A stretch of 64,000 nt of DNA. Source: Octopus vulgaris. Its lineage: Eukaryota. The DNA is taken from assembly GCA_951406725.2 (NCBI GenBank), contig OX597834.1, positions 19,716,001 through 19,780,000 of the forward strand, read 5' to 3'. This document shows, piece after piece, positions 39,072 through 52,293 of the stretch; position 1 is the first letter of the stretch; the number at the start of each line of letters is the position of its first letter. Under the pieces are notes generated by a model that was not told the origin of the DNA, did not search any database, and was given only the letters and a program-made list of their open reading frames with translations. The translations under genes were made by a program, and so were the position numbers.

Positions 39072-39377
39072 GTTCAGCAAAAATTTAGATTCGAATGAAT
39101 ATGGTACTTAATTTAGATGCGCCAGAATTTTGTATGGTGTTATCCATAAAAATTTGTGGGGTGATTATAATCAAAATAAGCAACAAGAATGACTCCGGTA
39201 ATTTGGTACAATTGTTTCGAACTACATCATTTTATTAAATGTTGTAAGTATTACAACAGATTTAAGATGCTGAGTGGTCATCAGCCAATTATAGAGGTTT
39301 TCCATAACATTTAATAAAATGATGTAGTGCGAAACAATTGTACCACATTACCAGAGTCATTCTTGTTGCTTATTTGA
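39072..39377. mobile_element. Repeat family F, copy 2, fold-back
   Basis: About 70-bp inverted arms at 39174-39243 and 39306-39375. Confidence 0.7.
39203..39288 (-). ncRNA. Type I hammerhead fold, core intact, long helix II
   Basis: UUGG-CUGAUGA-CCACU...AGUUC-GAAA-C(AAUU)G-UA-CCAA; the first two pairs of helix II are mismatched. Confidence 0.7.
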
Positions 39378-39400
39378 GTATATATATATATATATATATA

Positions 39401-39561
39401 GGTGCAGGAGTGGCTGTGTGGTAAGTAGCTTGCTAACCAGCCACATGGTTCCAGGTTCAGTCCCACTGCATGGCATCTTGGGCAAGTGTCTTCAGCTATA
39501 GCCCCGGGCCGACCAATGCCTTGTGAGTGGATTTGGTAGACGGAAACTGAAAGAAGCCCGT

Positions 39562-39602
<41 letters not shown>

Positions 39603-39803
39603 TGGTGTGTCCCCCTAGCATTGCTTGACAACCAATGCTGGTGTGTTTACGTCCCAGTCACTTAGCGGTTCGGCAAAAGAGACCGATAGAATAAGTACTG
39701 GGCTTACAAAGAATAAGTCCCGGGGTCTATTTGCTCGACTAAAGGCGGTGCTCCAGCATGGCCGCAGTCAAATGACTGAAACAAGTAAAAGAGTAAAAGA
39801 GTA
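39401..39803 (+). mobile_element. SINE A full-length
   Basis: Colinear with other A copies; antisense A fragments at 38725-38830 and 39827-39935. Confidence 0.92.
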
Positions 39804-41177
39804 TATATATATATATATATATAAATCCATTCACAAGGCTTTGGTCAGCCCAAGGCTATAGTAGAAGACACTTGCCTTAGGTGCCACACAGTGGGACTGA
39901 ATCCGGAACCATGTGGTTGGTAAACAAGCTACTTAACTCATACACAACAGGAAGCAAATAAATGAACATAAAACCTGGAAGGTTGTCTTTCTTCCTGTTA
40001 ACCGAATGAAGTTTTCAGTGATTGTTGTGTTTACCTTAGGCCAACAAACTGTTTACTCACCAACAACTTCCAGTCTGGACAATGAATAATTGCACCTGTT
40101 AAAAAACACAATTATGGAATTTTTTACATTATGCTACCTGTTGGTGTCTTCTTTGAATAATAATAATAAAAAAAAAACAACCTGTTATTCAATAGGTACT
40201 CCATTCATGCCATCCACAGAAATATGATATATATATAAAAAATAGAAGCAAAATGAATAAGAATAAAACAAAAATATAAAAATGATTCCTGTAAAATATA
40301 TCATTAATCAAAAAATAATAAGGTCCAGCTTAACCAATTTTAAATAATAATAATAATAACAATATTAATAATAATAACGATAGTAATAATTAAATAAATA
40401 AATAAATAAACCCTTTGTGTGATATTTCAGAAGAATATGGTATTGTATGGAGATATTTCCACCACCTTCTTCCTAAAAAGTGCCATTAATCATCATAATT
40501 GATTTTTTTTTGTTCTTAAATTATTATTTATTTTATAACATTTATTTCTTACCGTTCCTTGTATGTGTGCTTGCATGCATATATATGTGTGTGTGCATGT
40601 GTGTATGTGTGTGTGTGTGTGTGTGTGTTTGGCAGTCTTTCCCTCCCTCTTTTTTTTTCCCCTTCTTCTTTGCTGTTAGAGGCATGTCTTTTGGCTTTGA
40701 TCACGTTCTTCAGAAACAGAGAAGAATTTGAAGGGTCTATTCGAGATACTCGTCTCGTGCTTTTTCAACTTAGTCGAAATTGCTTCTTCAACCCATTCGT
40801 CATCTACTTATTTATTTATTTATTAGGAAATGATCTATGCAACTTTTGTTGTTGATGTTGTTGTAGCTGTTATTGGTGTTGTTGTTGTTGGGATTTTGGT
40901 AAACCTTAACAAGGTGAAGGTGCCCCACAAAGTAATCAGGAAAGCAATTTCCGTCGCAAAGACATGATGGAATAGATCTCCCTTTGTATGTACTTTAACC
41001 TCATCGTAGGGTTTTGCAGGTGTTGTTGTTGTTGTTGTCTTTTGCTGTAGTTTATATCTTTTTTTTTGTGTTGTTGTTTTTATCATTTGTAAGAAAATGA
41101 GATCGCTATTGTTGTTGTTGTTGTTAATAATAACAATGGTAATAATAACGGTAACAATAATAATAATGATAATAATA

Positions 41178-41220
41178 AGTGAAGTGAAAGCACGCTATAA
41201 AAATAAAAATAAAACTACTG
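41178..41220 (+). mobile_element. Extreme 3' end of the R4/Dong element within (TAA)n
   Basis: agtgaagtgaaagcacgctataaaaataaaa...ctactg matches 6717-6753. Confidence 0.75.
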
Positions 41221-41254
41221 AATAATAATAATAATGATAATAATAATAATAGTG

Positions 41255-41303
<49 letters not shown>

Positions 41304-41600
41304 GGATAATAATAATAATAATGATAATAATAATATAAGAACAAAACTCTTGATATATTTTGCCAACCATGAATAGCAAAGATGATAATAATAATAGTAA
41401 TGACAAATAACAATAATGATGATGATGATGATAAATATAATGATAATGATGATAATAGTATTAATAATAATGATGATGATGAGGACAATGATTTCTGATA
41501 TTGGTTACAAGGTACCAAAAATTGATGAGACGATGAATATTGGTGGTGGTAGTGATGATGGTTGTGGTGGTGATGGTGGTGGTGAGAATCATGGCTATGG

Positions 41601-41632
<32 letters not shown>

Positions 41633-41765
41633 GTGATGTTAATGACAATGTTGACATGTATTGTTATATACTATATTTGTACCTTATTTTATATCAGTCC
41701 CTGAAAAGGGATGGAAGGCAAAGTTGACCTTAGAAGCATTTGAACTAATAATAATAACAATAACA

Positions 41766-41807
<42 letters not shown>

Positions 41808-42712
41808 CCATTCATTGGCAGCAAGGAACTAAGATACAGGAAACTATACAAAGATGAAATATAAAGGTACAAAAAAAAAAAAACCCCAAAAAAAACAATG
41901 ACAAGAGATGGAGTGAGGAAGGATTGCAGTGAGTAAAAAGGGGTGAGTAAAAAAAAAAGGTGAGATCAACAGCAGCTACAAAGACACATTAATAAATAGA
42001 TAACAATGAATAGCAATGACAATACAGAACAACAAAATAACCATGCTGATCATGTTAACACTGATAAATCACTGTGATGTGATAATTCTAACATTGCTGG
42101 TGCATCTTATTACACAAGTGTTAGCTTTTGTTAATAGAACATTTTTTTTCTTTCCCTGCTTTCTTTTTTGGTCTTTAAGAATGGAATAACATCAGAAAAA
42201 TGTTGTTAAGAGATTCATAGTTTATGGAATGTGCTGTTGTTATTTCATCAGTGCACATTGCTTTCTGGATAATAGGAAATGATATAAAGTTAATCAGTTT
42301 GATCCTCCTCTGAGCACACACATATATATATTAAAGTGCTTCTTTTATTGAGCCCTACTTATTGCTAACACTACTACTGAAAGAAAAAAAATAAGGGTTT
42401 CTACATACTGGATGACCTGCTAGAAATAGTAACCAAACCCTTTTCTTTTCAAATTGTGTGCCATTTACTTATTAACGAAAGTCACTGTGGATATAACAAC
42501 GTTCTAGACAGGCTGTGTTTGAAAATAAGATGGGATGTTCACAGCTGGAATGTCACTGACTATAGGTCTGTTGGATCTGGGCTAATCTATGACTAAATGA
42601 CGAAATCAGCAACGAGAGGGGTGACTAAATACTGAGCCACCACCGCCTCCTCCTCCTCCTCCTCCTCCTCCTCCTCCTCCTCCGCCTCATCATCATCATC
42701 ATCATCACCACC

Positions 42713-42745
<33 letters not shown>

Positions 42746-43014
42746 CCTACCACCACCACCACCACCACCATCATCATTATCACCATCATTCTATACATAA
42801 TGGTGGATTGGCAGGATCCTTAGAGCATCAAACAAAATGCTTTTCATATCCTGCCAAGGTTCACCTTGTCTTTCATCACTCACAGGTCAATAAATAACCA
42901 GTTATGTATTGGGGTCAGTTTACCAATTAATTCTGTCTCTAAAGTTCCAAGCCTTGCACCTAAATTAGAATCTGGTATTATAAAAGCTATAACATTCTAC
43001 TCAAGTTAACAGAG

Positions 43015-43500
43015 ATAATCTGAGGTTTGGTGACAAAACAAATCTCTTCAGATGTCAAAGACTCTTCCTTAAGATTCTTGCAGATCACAGAATGGTACTT
43101 TTCTGCAGGTCAACAATGCAAATCTCAATTCCATTATCTTTCAGCCTCTCAAATTGCAGTTTAAATAATGTCCCAAGTGCATCAATTTACCATTGAAACA
43201 ATTATCATCAGCTTTCATTTCTACGGTCTCTTCATATTCATTACAAGTTCCTGATTTTCCCTATTTCTTTCATATCTATTCTACTGTGATCTTACAAATG
43301 TTGTCTCACTCTGTTTGGCAATTTAGTTATCTTTCTTCATTAGTATGGTCCGTCCTGTAATTATCAATCACTATAACTTTTCTCTCATTTCAAATTCGCA
43401 AACTTGGTGAACTTCCTAATGTACATTTTTATCAATACAGTCATGCCTGCATTTATACTCTTTTTGTGCTTGCTTACTGCACTTGCTTAGCTGATGGTTA
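43015..43500 (-). pseudogene. Old R4/Dong-like LINE 3' fragment
   Basis: Minus: RLKDNGIEICIVDLQKSTIL*SARILRKSL; upstream part heavily degraded. Confidence 0.55.
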
Positions 43501-44289
43501 ATACTTTCGTACCCTTTTCCACATATTTTTCATTTGCTCTGTAACTGAGTTTTATCATTCTTTATTATCATTATAAAATTCATTCTAATGGCTTGTTTCT
43601 CAGTGCCATTCACTGTGGCCTTGTGAATGACTTTAGGAGACAGAAATTGCATAAAACCTGTCATGTGTGTGTTTGTGTATATGTGTGTATGAGTGTGTGT
43701 GTATACATGCATACGCATACATGTGTTTGAGTGTTTGTGTGCATTCTTTGAAAGTAGATGAGTAAAAGGTTCATTTCCCTTTGAAGAAGTTATCTGTTGG
43801 CTCTGTGTTTTTGAAGTATGGCATAAGAGCCTTTTTTATTTGATAAACAGCTAATGATTAGCAGCAGCTGTAAAACAATACCTCAATAATATAATCATCT
43901 AACTCATGCTAGCATATTTTATCAGAAGTAACAACTAATGAATGAATTATTTTTACCTGTTGACATCCAATACAAACTCTCATACACACACATACACACT
44001 CATACACACTCACAAATACACACATGCACACTCACACATACATTCATGCACACTCACACACACATACACATGTACACACACACACACACACACACAGTGA
44101 ATTACCAAAAGGTTTCTGTAACCATACACACATGTGACAAATGCACAGGAATGGACATAAATTTTGGTGAGTGATTCTAAGAGTAGCTAGCAGCAGCAGT
44201 AGCAGCGGCAGTAGCAGCAGCAGCAGTCGTTTGCTGGTGAAATACAGACAATTGGCATGTACACACTGTGATCTATTTTTCCTCTTCCT

Positions 44290-44633
44290 TCTCCACCACC
44301 ACTACTATTACCACCACAACTACTACTGCTTCCACCACCACTACCACCACACCACTACCATCACCAAAACTACTACTACTACAACTACTACTACTGCCTT
44401 CAATGCCACCACTATCTCAGTAACTGCTACTGCAACTACAACTACAATTAGTACCATTGTCACCACTATTGTTGCCAACAGAACTGCCACCAACACCACT
44501 AATACAACCACCACCACTACTACAACCACCACCACTACAACCACCACCACTGCTACAATCACCATCACCACCATTTCAGCAACTTTTACAACTACTATTA
44601 ATACTGTTGTCACCACTACTGTTGCTGCTGCTG

Positions 44634-44695
<62 letters not shown>

Positions 44696-44705
44696 ACTGC
44701 TACTT
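44290..44705. repeat. (ACC/ACT/GCT)n trinucleotide mosaic
   Basis: Direct observation. Confidence 0.93.
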
Positions 44706-45341
44706 TACATTGCACTAATTAGCTGGACAAGAAGATAAATTAAAATTCACTGCATACATTATTAGACATGTGTGTTCAATCAAGCCATGTACCTTTTAAT
44801 CAATCATTATTAAGTTAAATATGATTCAGTGAAGGGTTTGTAAGGTGGTAGAGTACCTGGGTAGTTGGTGCACCAGTTCGGTGGCCATCAGAACTGAAAT
44901 GTCTGTGATTTAACATGGGTGACATCTGTGACCGTGGATCGATCATTTACAAGACTTCCCTTTCGTTTCTACAAATGTCGTCATACAGTTAATTGTGTGT
45001 CTTTCTTTAACCTTTAGCACATAGCATTTTCTCTAGAATTATTACAAGGGAGAAAACTCATATGGTGACATGATGCACCAACAGTGTGCTAAAGGTGAAA
45101 TAATTGTTTCTAATAGAAACCTAAAACCTGAAATTTGTGGGGAGGGGACACGATCAGTAAGATCAACCATCAGGTATTTGGCTGGTAAGGCACAGTTGTG
45201 TGGTTAAGAAGTTTGCTTCCCAACCACTTCGTTTTGGGTTCAGTCCCACTGTGTTGTACCTTGGGCCAGTGTCTCCTACCACAACCATGGGCTGACTAAA
45301 GCCTTATAAGTGGATGTAGTAGAAAGAAACTAATAGTCTGT

Positions 45342-45377
<36 letters not shown>

Positions 45378-45380
<3 letters not shown>

Positions 45381-45725
45381 CAGCAAAAATTTAGATTTGG
45401 ATGAATATGGTACTTAAGTTAAAGGCGCCAGAATATGGTATGGTATTATCCATATAAATCAAATGGGGTGATTATAATCAAAATAAACAACAAGGATATC
45501 CAAAGGAAGTGTAGTGCAATCATTTCATTCTACTTCATTTAATTAAACAACGTAAGTATTACATCAGTTTTAAAATGTAGAGCAATCTTCAGCCACATAT
45601 GGAATTTTTAAATTAAATTGACAATGTTCATTTTTATACTTAAAATGAACATTGTCAATTTAATTTATAAAATTCCATATGTGGCTGAAGATTGCTCTAC
45701 ATTTTAAAACTGATGTAATACTTAC
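45378..45725. mobile_element. Repeat family F, copy 3 (diverged subfamily), fold-back
   Basis: Near-perfect hairpin 45552-45725; degenerate hammerhead at 45510-45597 (-). Confidence 0.7.
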
Positions 45726-45809
45726 ATATATATATATATATACACACACATATATATATATACACACACATATATGATCAGAATTGAGGGAAGTTCTTTC
45801 TTATTCGCC

Positions 45810-46135
45810 ACCACCACCACTACCAACACCAACACTGCCACCATTACCACCACTACCAACACCAACACTACCACCATTACCACCACTACCACCACCACCA
45901 CCACCACTACCACTAACATCATTTGCACCACATAGTTGTGGTGCAAACGACCACCAACACCACTGTCACCACCACCTCCACAACTGCCACCACCACCACC
46001 ACCACCACCACCACCACCGCCACTACAACCACCACTATTGTCAACATCACCACTGCAACCATCACTTCCACTACCTCCACCACCACTATCACCACCACCA
46101 CCACCACCACCATCACCACTATGACCACCACCAAG
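45810..46135. repeat. (ACC)n tract
   Basis: Direct observation. Confidence 0.95.
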
Positions 46136-46802
46136 TAAACCACTAGATAAAAGTTACGTAGGGCGGAGCTAATAAACGATTGAAATAACGAGCTAATTGG
46201 TTACTTTGATTTATTTATTTATTTATCCATTCCAGGAAACTCATGAATTAACAAACAATTAAAATGTATTTCCTTCACTGCTTGCCATCTCTTCTTTTTC
46301 TTCTTTTATTCCTTCTCCACCCACTTCCTCTTCCCGCATCTCACCCCAATTTCCCTCATCACGGTATTGTTCCAGTCCAATGCACATGGGTGCATTTCAC
46401 TGCAACACATATGTCAAGCCGAGCCAACCCAGCCCAGCCCAACCAAACAGAGGGATGCAATATAAAATCCATTTCTTTTTATTTAGACCTCCCTAGCAAT
46501 TTCCCTGTATAGTATTTCAGCTCCCTAACTAAATCCCCTGATCGCCTGCCATCCAGCCATTCAGCTATTGCTAATGAACTCGGCTTCCCTGATTGCCAGT
46601 AATTAATAAGATCGTTTGCTTGAACTGAAATCTCATTGCATTTTCAAGTCCACCTTCAGCCAGCCTTCCTGTTCTAAAACCAACCAATTCTGCTCAACTG
46701 GCCGGAAGAAAACCAGAAAAATAATAAAGAAATATGAGGGCATTATTACATAATGTTCTTACTGATGATATTATTATCATTATTTGTTTAATAGTATTGG
46801 GA

Positions 46803-47078
46803 ATCTTCTTCTTCTTCTTCTTCTTCTTCTTTTCCCCTCCCTCCTCCTTCCTCCTCCTCCTTCTTAATCATCATCATCTTATTCTTCTTCTTTCTCCTCC
46901 TCCTTCTCCACCCTTCTTCTTCATCCTCCTCCTCCTCCTCCTCATCTTCTTCTTCTTCTTCTTCCTCCTCCTTCTTCTTCTTCTTCTTCTTCTTCTTCTT
47001 CCTCATTCTCTCTTCTTCTTCTTCTTCTTCTTCTTCTTCTTCTTCTTCTTCTTCTTCTTCTTCTTCTTCTTCTTCTTC
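46803..47078. repeat. (CTT/CCT)n polypyrimidine tract
   Basis: Direct observation. Confidence 0.95.
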
Positions 47079-47183
47079 AATAAAATAAGTACCAGGTGAA
47101 TACTGGGGGTCAATGTAATTGACTAGTCCCCACCCCCCAAATTTCAAGCTTTGTGCCTGTAGTAGAAATGGTTATTATTATAA

Positions 47184-47239
<56 letters not shown>

Positions 47240-47329
47240 TTCACTTGTTTCAGGTTCAGTCTTATCCCTGGTTCAGTGGGTAGCTTCACAGTCATCAATG
47301 TGATTTGTTGCCATCAGTAACTCAGCTAT

Positions 47330-47473
47330 CATCATCATCAGCATTTCCATCGTTCTTTGACATCACCATTGTAGCTGTCATCACAGCTACAATGATATTT
47401 GTTGTCATCCTCATCCTTTTCATTGGCATCATCATCGTCAGCAGCAGCATCATAGTCATCATCATCATTTTCG

Positions 47474-47504
<31 letters not shown>

Positions 47505-47509
47505 TTACG

Positions 47510-47540
<31 letters not shown>

Positions 47541-47930
47541 TATTGTCAACATAAACATTGTTGTCATCATCATCAGGGACAGCATCATTATTAGCATCAT
47601 AATCATCATCATAGTCATCAGCATCAGCGTCCTCATCATCAGCATCGCCGTCCTCATCGCGAACATCATCAACATCAGTATCGTAGTCATTATTATCCTC
47701 AATGTCATCATCATCATCATCATCATCATTATCATCACCATTGATGTCACCTGTGTCACTGTTGTCATCATCATCAACATCATCGTCATCACATTTGTTA
47801 TCGGTATCAGCATCATCATCGTCATCATCACCATTGATGTCACCTGTGTCATTGTTGTCATCATCAACGACATCAACATCATCGTCATCACATTCATTAT
47901 CGTTATCATCATCATCACCGTCATCATATC
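47330..47930. repeat. (CAT)n degenerate tract
   Basis: Direct observation; internal duplication near 47730-47900. Confidence 0.93.
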
Positions 47931-48822
47931 ATTTACTTAGATGTCATTAATTTTCTGTAAAGGTTATAGCCTAAATTAACGATTAGTTTGCTTTTCAAAA
48001 TTTCGGTTTATATTTTTGACATTTTAATTTGAAATAAAGAAACAGAATAAAAACTAAAAAAAGAAACAACATAACAAAAAACCACCAAAATTTCCTTATT
48101 TCCCTGTACTCAGGCTAAAAGTTGTCTCTACTGTTATTGACTGCTCAACTATCATCGAATCATTTTCATATCATGTCTGGCATTTTTCACGTCAAGAATT
48201 TACTAAATATTTTCTCATAATTATTCACTTGCCTCACTAATTATAACATGCTAATTAGCCATTTTTTTTCTCGCAACATTGTCATGTGCTTCCTTGGCAT
48301 CGTTTGTATCAAATTCCAAAGGGGTTTTCTTTTTTTGTGTTATATCAATGATTCTCAACTAAGGGCCATGTGGACTTTGGGGTCCACATGGAAGATTTTG
48401 TTGGTATAAATTCATGGACAATTAACTGGTTATACTTCTACAGTCTTTTATCAATTACTTGTTTCAGTTATTAATTTGTGGCCATGCTGGGGCACCACCT
48501 TGAAGAATGTTTAGTTGAATGAATCGCCCCCAGTAGTTTCATCATTAAGCCTGGTGCTTATTAAGTTGGTCTCTTTTTCTGAATTGCTAAGTAATAGGTT
48601 GTAAACAAACCAACACTGGTTGCCAGATGGTGGAGGTGAGGGAACAAGCTAAAGTACAAGGACACATGCAAATAGCTATATATATATATATATATATAAT
48701 AGCTATATATATATATAATATATATATATAATATAATGGCGGTGCCCCAGCAAATGGCAGTGCCCCAGCATGGCCACAGCTCATGAGCTGAAACTAGAAT
48801 CAATCAATCAATCATATAATAG

Positions 48823-48890
<68 letters not shown>

Positions 48891-49194
48891 CTGAGTGGTT
48901 GCTGTTAGGAAGGGCATTCAGTTGTAAAAAACCTGCTAAACAATTACAGAAATCTAGTTCAGGCTTCTGCCTGGCTGACTCCTGTCAAACCGTTCCACCC
49001 ATGCCAGCATGGAAGGTTGACGCTAAATGGTGATGAGGATGGTGATGATGATATACATTTCTTCAGTCCACTCAGCTGGTAAAACTGAGTAATTCTGTGA
49101 CAGACTGGCATCCCAGGAGGGGAATATATGTGCCATAAAACTGGCAAAGTGGCCCTTATGGGTTGGCATGACTCGAGAAGAAAACAGAAACACA

Positions 49195-49440
49195 GATGCT
49201 AGTGCCGCCTGACTGGCTCCTCTGTCAGTGGCACATAAAAAGCACCCACTACACTCTCGGAGTGGTTGGCATTAGGAAGGGCATCCACCTAAAGGAACAT
49301 TGCCAGATTAGATTGTGGTCTGGTGCAGCCTACTGGCTTGCCAGTCCTCAGTCAAACCGTCCAACCCATATCAGCATGGAAAGTGGACGTTACATGACAA
49401 CGACGACGACGACGACGATGATGATGATGTTGATGATGAT
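49195..49440 (+). mobile_element. Family C 3' fragment
   Basis: gtggcacataaaaagcacccactacactc...ggaagggcatcc...catggaaagtggacgtta. Confidence 0.75.
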
Positions 49441-50190
49441 GAGGGGAGGAGGAGGAGGAGGACAAAAGTTAGATGGATTGTTAAAGCTGTGACTACCAGC
49501 ATGATGGAGTTTATAATAAAAACAGCAACAGCTATACAGTAATGCCTTGATTATCGCAGGTGTTCAAGCAAGAAACAGCAAAATGGCCATTGTTGTAGCC
49601 TTCAACCAATGCCATCCAACTGGTTAGGCAGGCAGACCAACAGTCATCCTGAATGGAAAGCCTGTCCATCACATGTTTATCAAATTACGACTGAGTGAAA
49701 AGGGCAACATGCAACATTAAATGAAGAGTTCTGCTCAAGAGCACAGTGCATCACCAGCCTGGGAATTGAAACCACAGTCTTGTAATTGCAAGTAAAAACA
49801 CCCTAACCACTACACTATGAACTTTCACGCATACATACACACAGCCTTACCTAAATTCATTATAATTTGAACTCAAAACTATTTGATGATTTATATCTCA
49901 TCAGTTATCTTGATCTTGTCCAGCATTTAGGTGTATCACAAATAAGATTAATTTAATTAGTTGAGCCGCAATCTATTTGGTGGTGTAAAAGAAAGAAGAG
50001 GAAGTCAAAAGCGAGTGGAGAAATTTGTGGAAGGAACACTAGTTAGTAGTAAGATGTCAAGGTTTATTTATTGGAGCCAGAGATCAGATGATAAAATTCC
50101 TGGTGATAGTGATGAAATATGTACAACTGTGTGTGCATACATACTTGCCATACGCTCTCGTATACTCACAAACAGGCATACACTCATACC

Positions 50191-50247
<57 letters not shown>

Positions 50248-50274
50248 ATATATATATATATATATATATATCTG

Positions 50275-50305
<31 letters not shown>

Positions 50306-51554
50306 CCATTCTATCTGTCTTATCTGTATGTGTATGTGTATGTGTGTCTATATATATATAGAGAGAGAGAGGGGGGGGAGAGATGTATATATAGATATAT
50401 ACACATACATGTATCTAAACATATGTACATATATTTATGTATGTATATATTTATGTATATATATCTATGTATGTATATATATTTATGTATGTATATATAT
50501 TTATGTATGTATATATTTATGTATGTATATATGTGTACACACACACTCTCACATGCACACACACAAATTTAAAATGCTTACATGAATAATATATATTTGC
50601 AGATGGGAAATTCACAATAGAAATATTTAAATGCATTACAGGCACATACATACCTTCATAAATACACACACAACCACACACGTTATATATAGTTTATCTA
50701 TATATCATTATATGTGTGTGTATGTATGTCTATAAATACATGTACACATATACAAATGTACATGTACACATATACAAATACATATACATGTGCGTAGATA
50801 TACGACATAGATAATAGATGATGCTATCACAGTGGTGTGAAATGCAATTAAACAAACCAAGTACCCACTACTTTTGGGTATTAATAATAAATATCTTCTT
50901 AAACACCGACATTACATACACACACACACTCTCTCTCTTACACATACAGACTCAAGCATATATACATATATGTATCTGTGCAAATCATATACATATGCAT
51001 CCACATAATTCAATATTGGCAAAATATGGGACGTACACCCCACTTTTAATTATTGATTTCTAACGAAATATATTGATTTTACTAACTACAGTAAGTACTA
51101 ATGACACACTTATTACACTCTACAGATGTTATAAATCTCATCACTAGTGTTCTGCCTTGAAACTATGATGGAAGATATTAAAAGTTGTAATTTGAATAGG
51201 GAAGACAATGCCTTCATCCTTTTATTACTGTATTTGTGTTGAAATAATCTGCTTTTGTTTCATGGCTCTGTGGTTAGAGTATTGGGCTCACAATCAAGAG
51301 GTAGTCAGTTCAATTATTGCATATTTTAAGAATGACAGCATCAGGTAGGTGTGTGAGGCAGGATCTAGCCACTTTGAACATAGAACAGATAGAGCATAGA
51401 CTGAAAAGTTAAAGCAGGAAACTTGTATGATTGGACCAAGAATGGTCTCAGGCAGGTTGGTATCCAAAGGTTTAAACACCCAACATAGACAGAGTAATAG
51501 GAAAATAACTAACTCTGACATGGAGCATCATAACTCTAGCAGATCTCTAAAGTC

Positions 51555-51932
51555 ATTTGTGACCAAAGAGGATCTTTACTCATACCCTTACATACATAAG
51601 GACCAAGATGCCTGGTGCCTTGTCGTATTCAAGAAGACCCATACTCAGCGTTAGACATGTTAAGATTGGTCATTCTGGTAGCATAATGCACTCGTGGTGG
51701 TGTCATATAAAATCACCCATGTGGCATCAGGTAAAAGTATCCATGTGGGACTCAAGTAGTGCCACATAAAAGCACCTGCAACCATCTGTAAAGTGATCAG
51801 TGTTAGAGCATCCAGTTGCAGAAACCAAGCCAAATCAGACTGGAATCTGGTGCAGCTCCTCAGTTTGTCAGGTTCTGGACACACCATCCAACCCATGCCA
51901 GCATGGATAATGGACGTTAAATGATGATTATG

Positions 51933-51966
<34 letters not shown>

Positions 51967-52293
51967 CTGTGCCGGTGGCACGTAAAAAGCACCATCCAAA
52001 CGTGGCTGATGCCAGAGCCGCCTTGACTGGCTTCCATGCCGGTGGCATGTTAAAAGCACCAACCGATCGTGGCCGCTGCTGGCACCAACCGATCGTGGCC
52101 GATCCTGGCACATAAAGAGCACCCACTACACTCACGGAGTGGTTGGCGTTAGGAAGGGCATCCAGCTGTAGAAACACTGCCAGATTAGACTAGAGCCTGG
52201 TGCATCCTCCTGGCTTCCCAGACCCCGATCGAACCGTCCAACCCGTGCTAGCGCGGAAAACGGACGTTAAACGATGAATGATGATGATGATGA
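51555..52293 (+). mobile_element. Two family C copies; the first retains an RTE-like ORF terminus
   Basis: VTKEDL...KDQDAWCLVVFKKTHTQR* precedes the C-type UTR; second copy 51967-52293. Confidence 0.65.
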
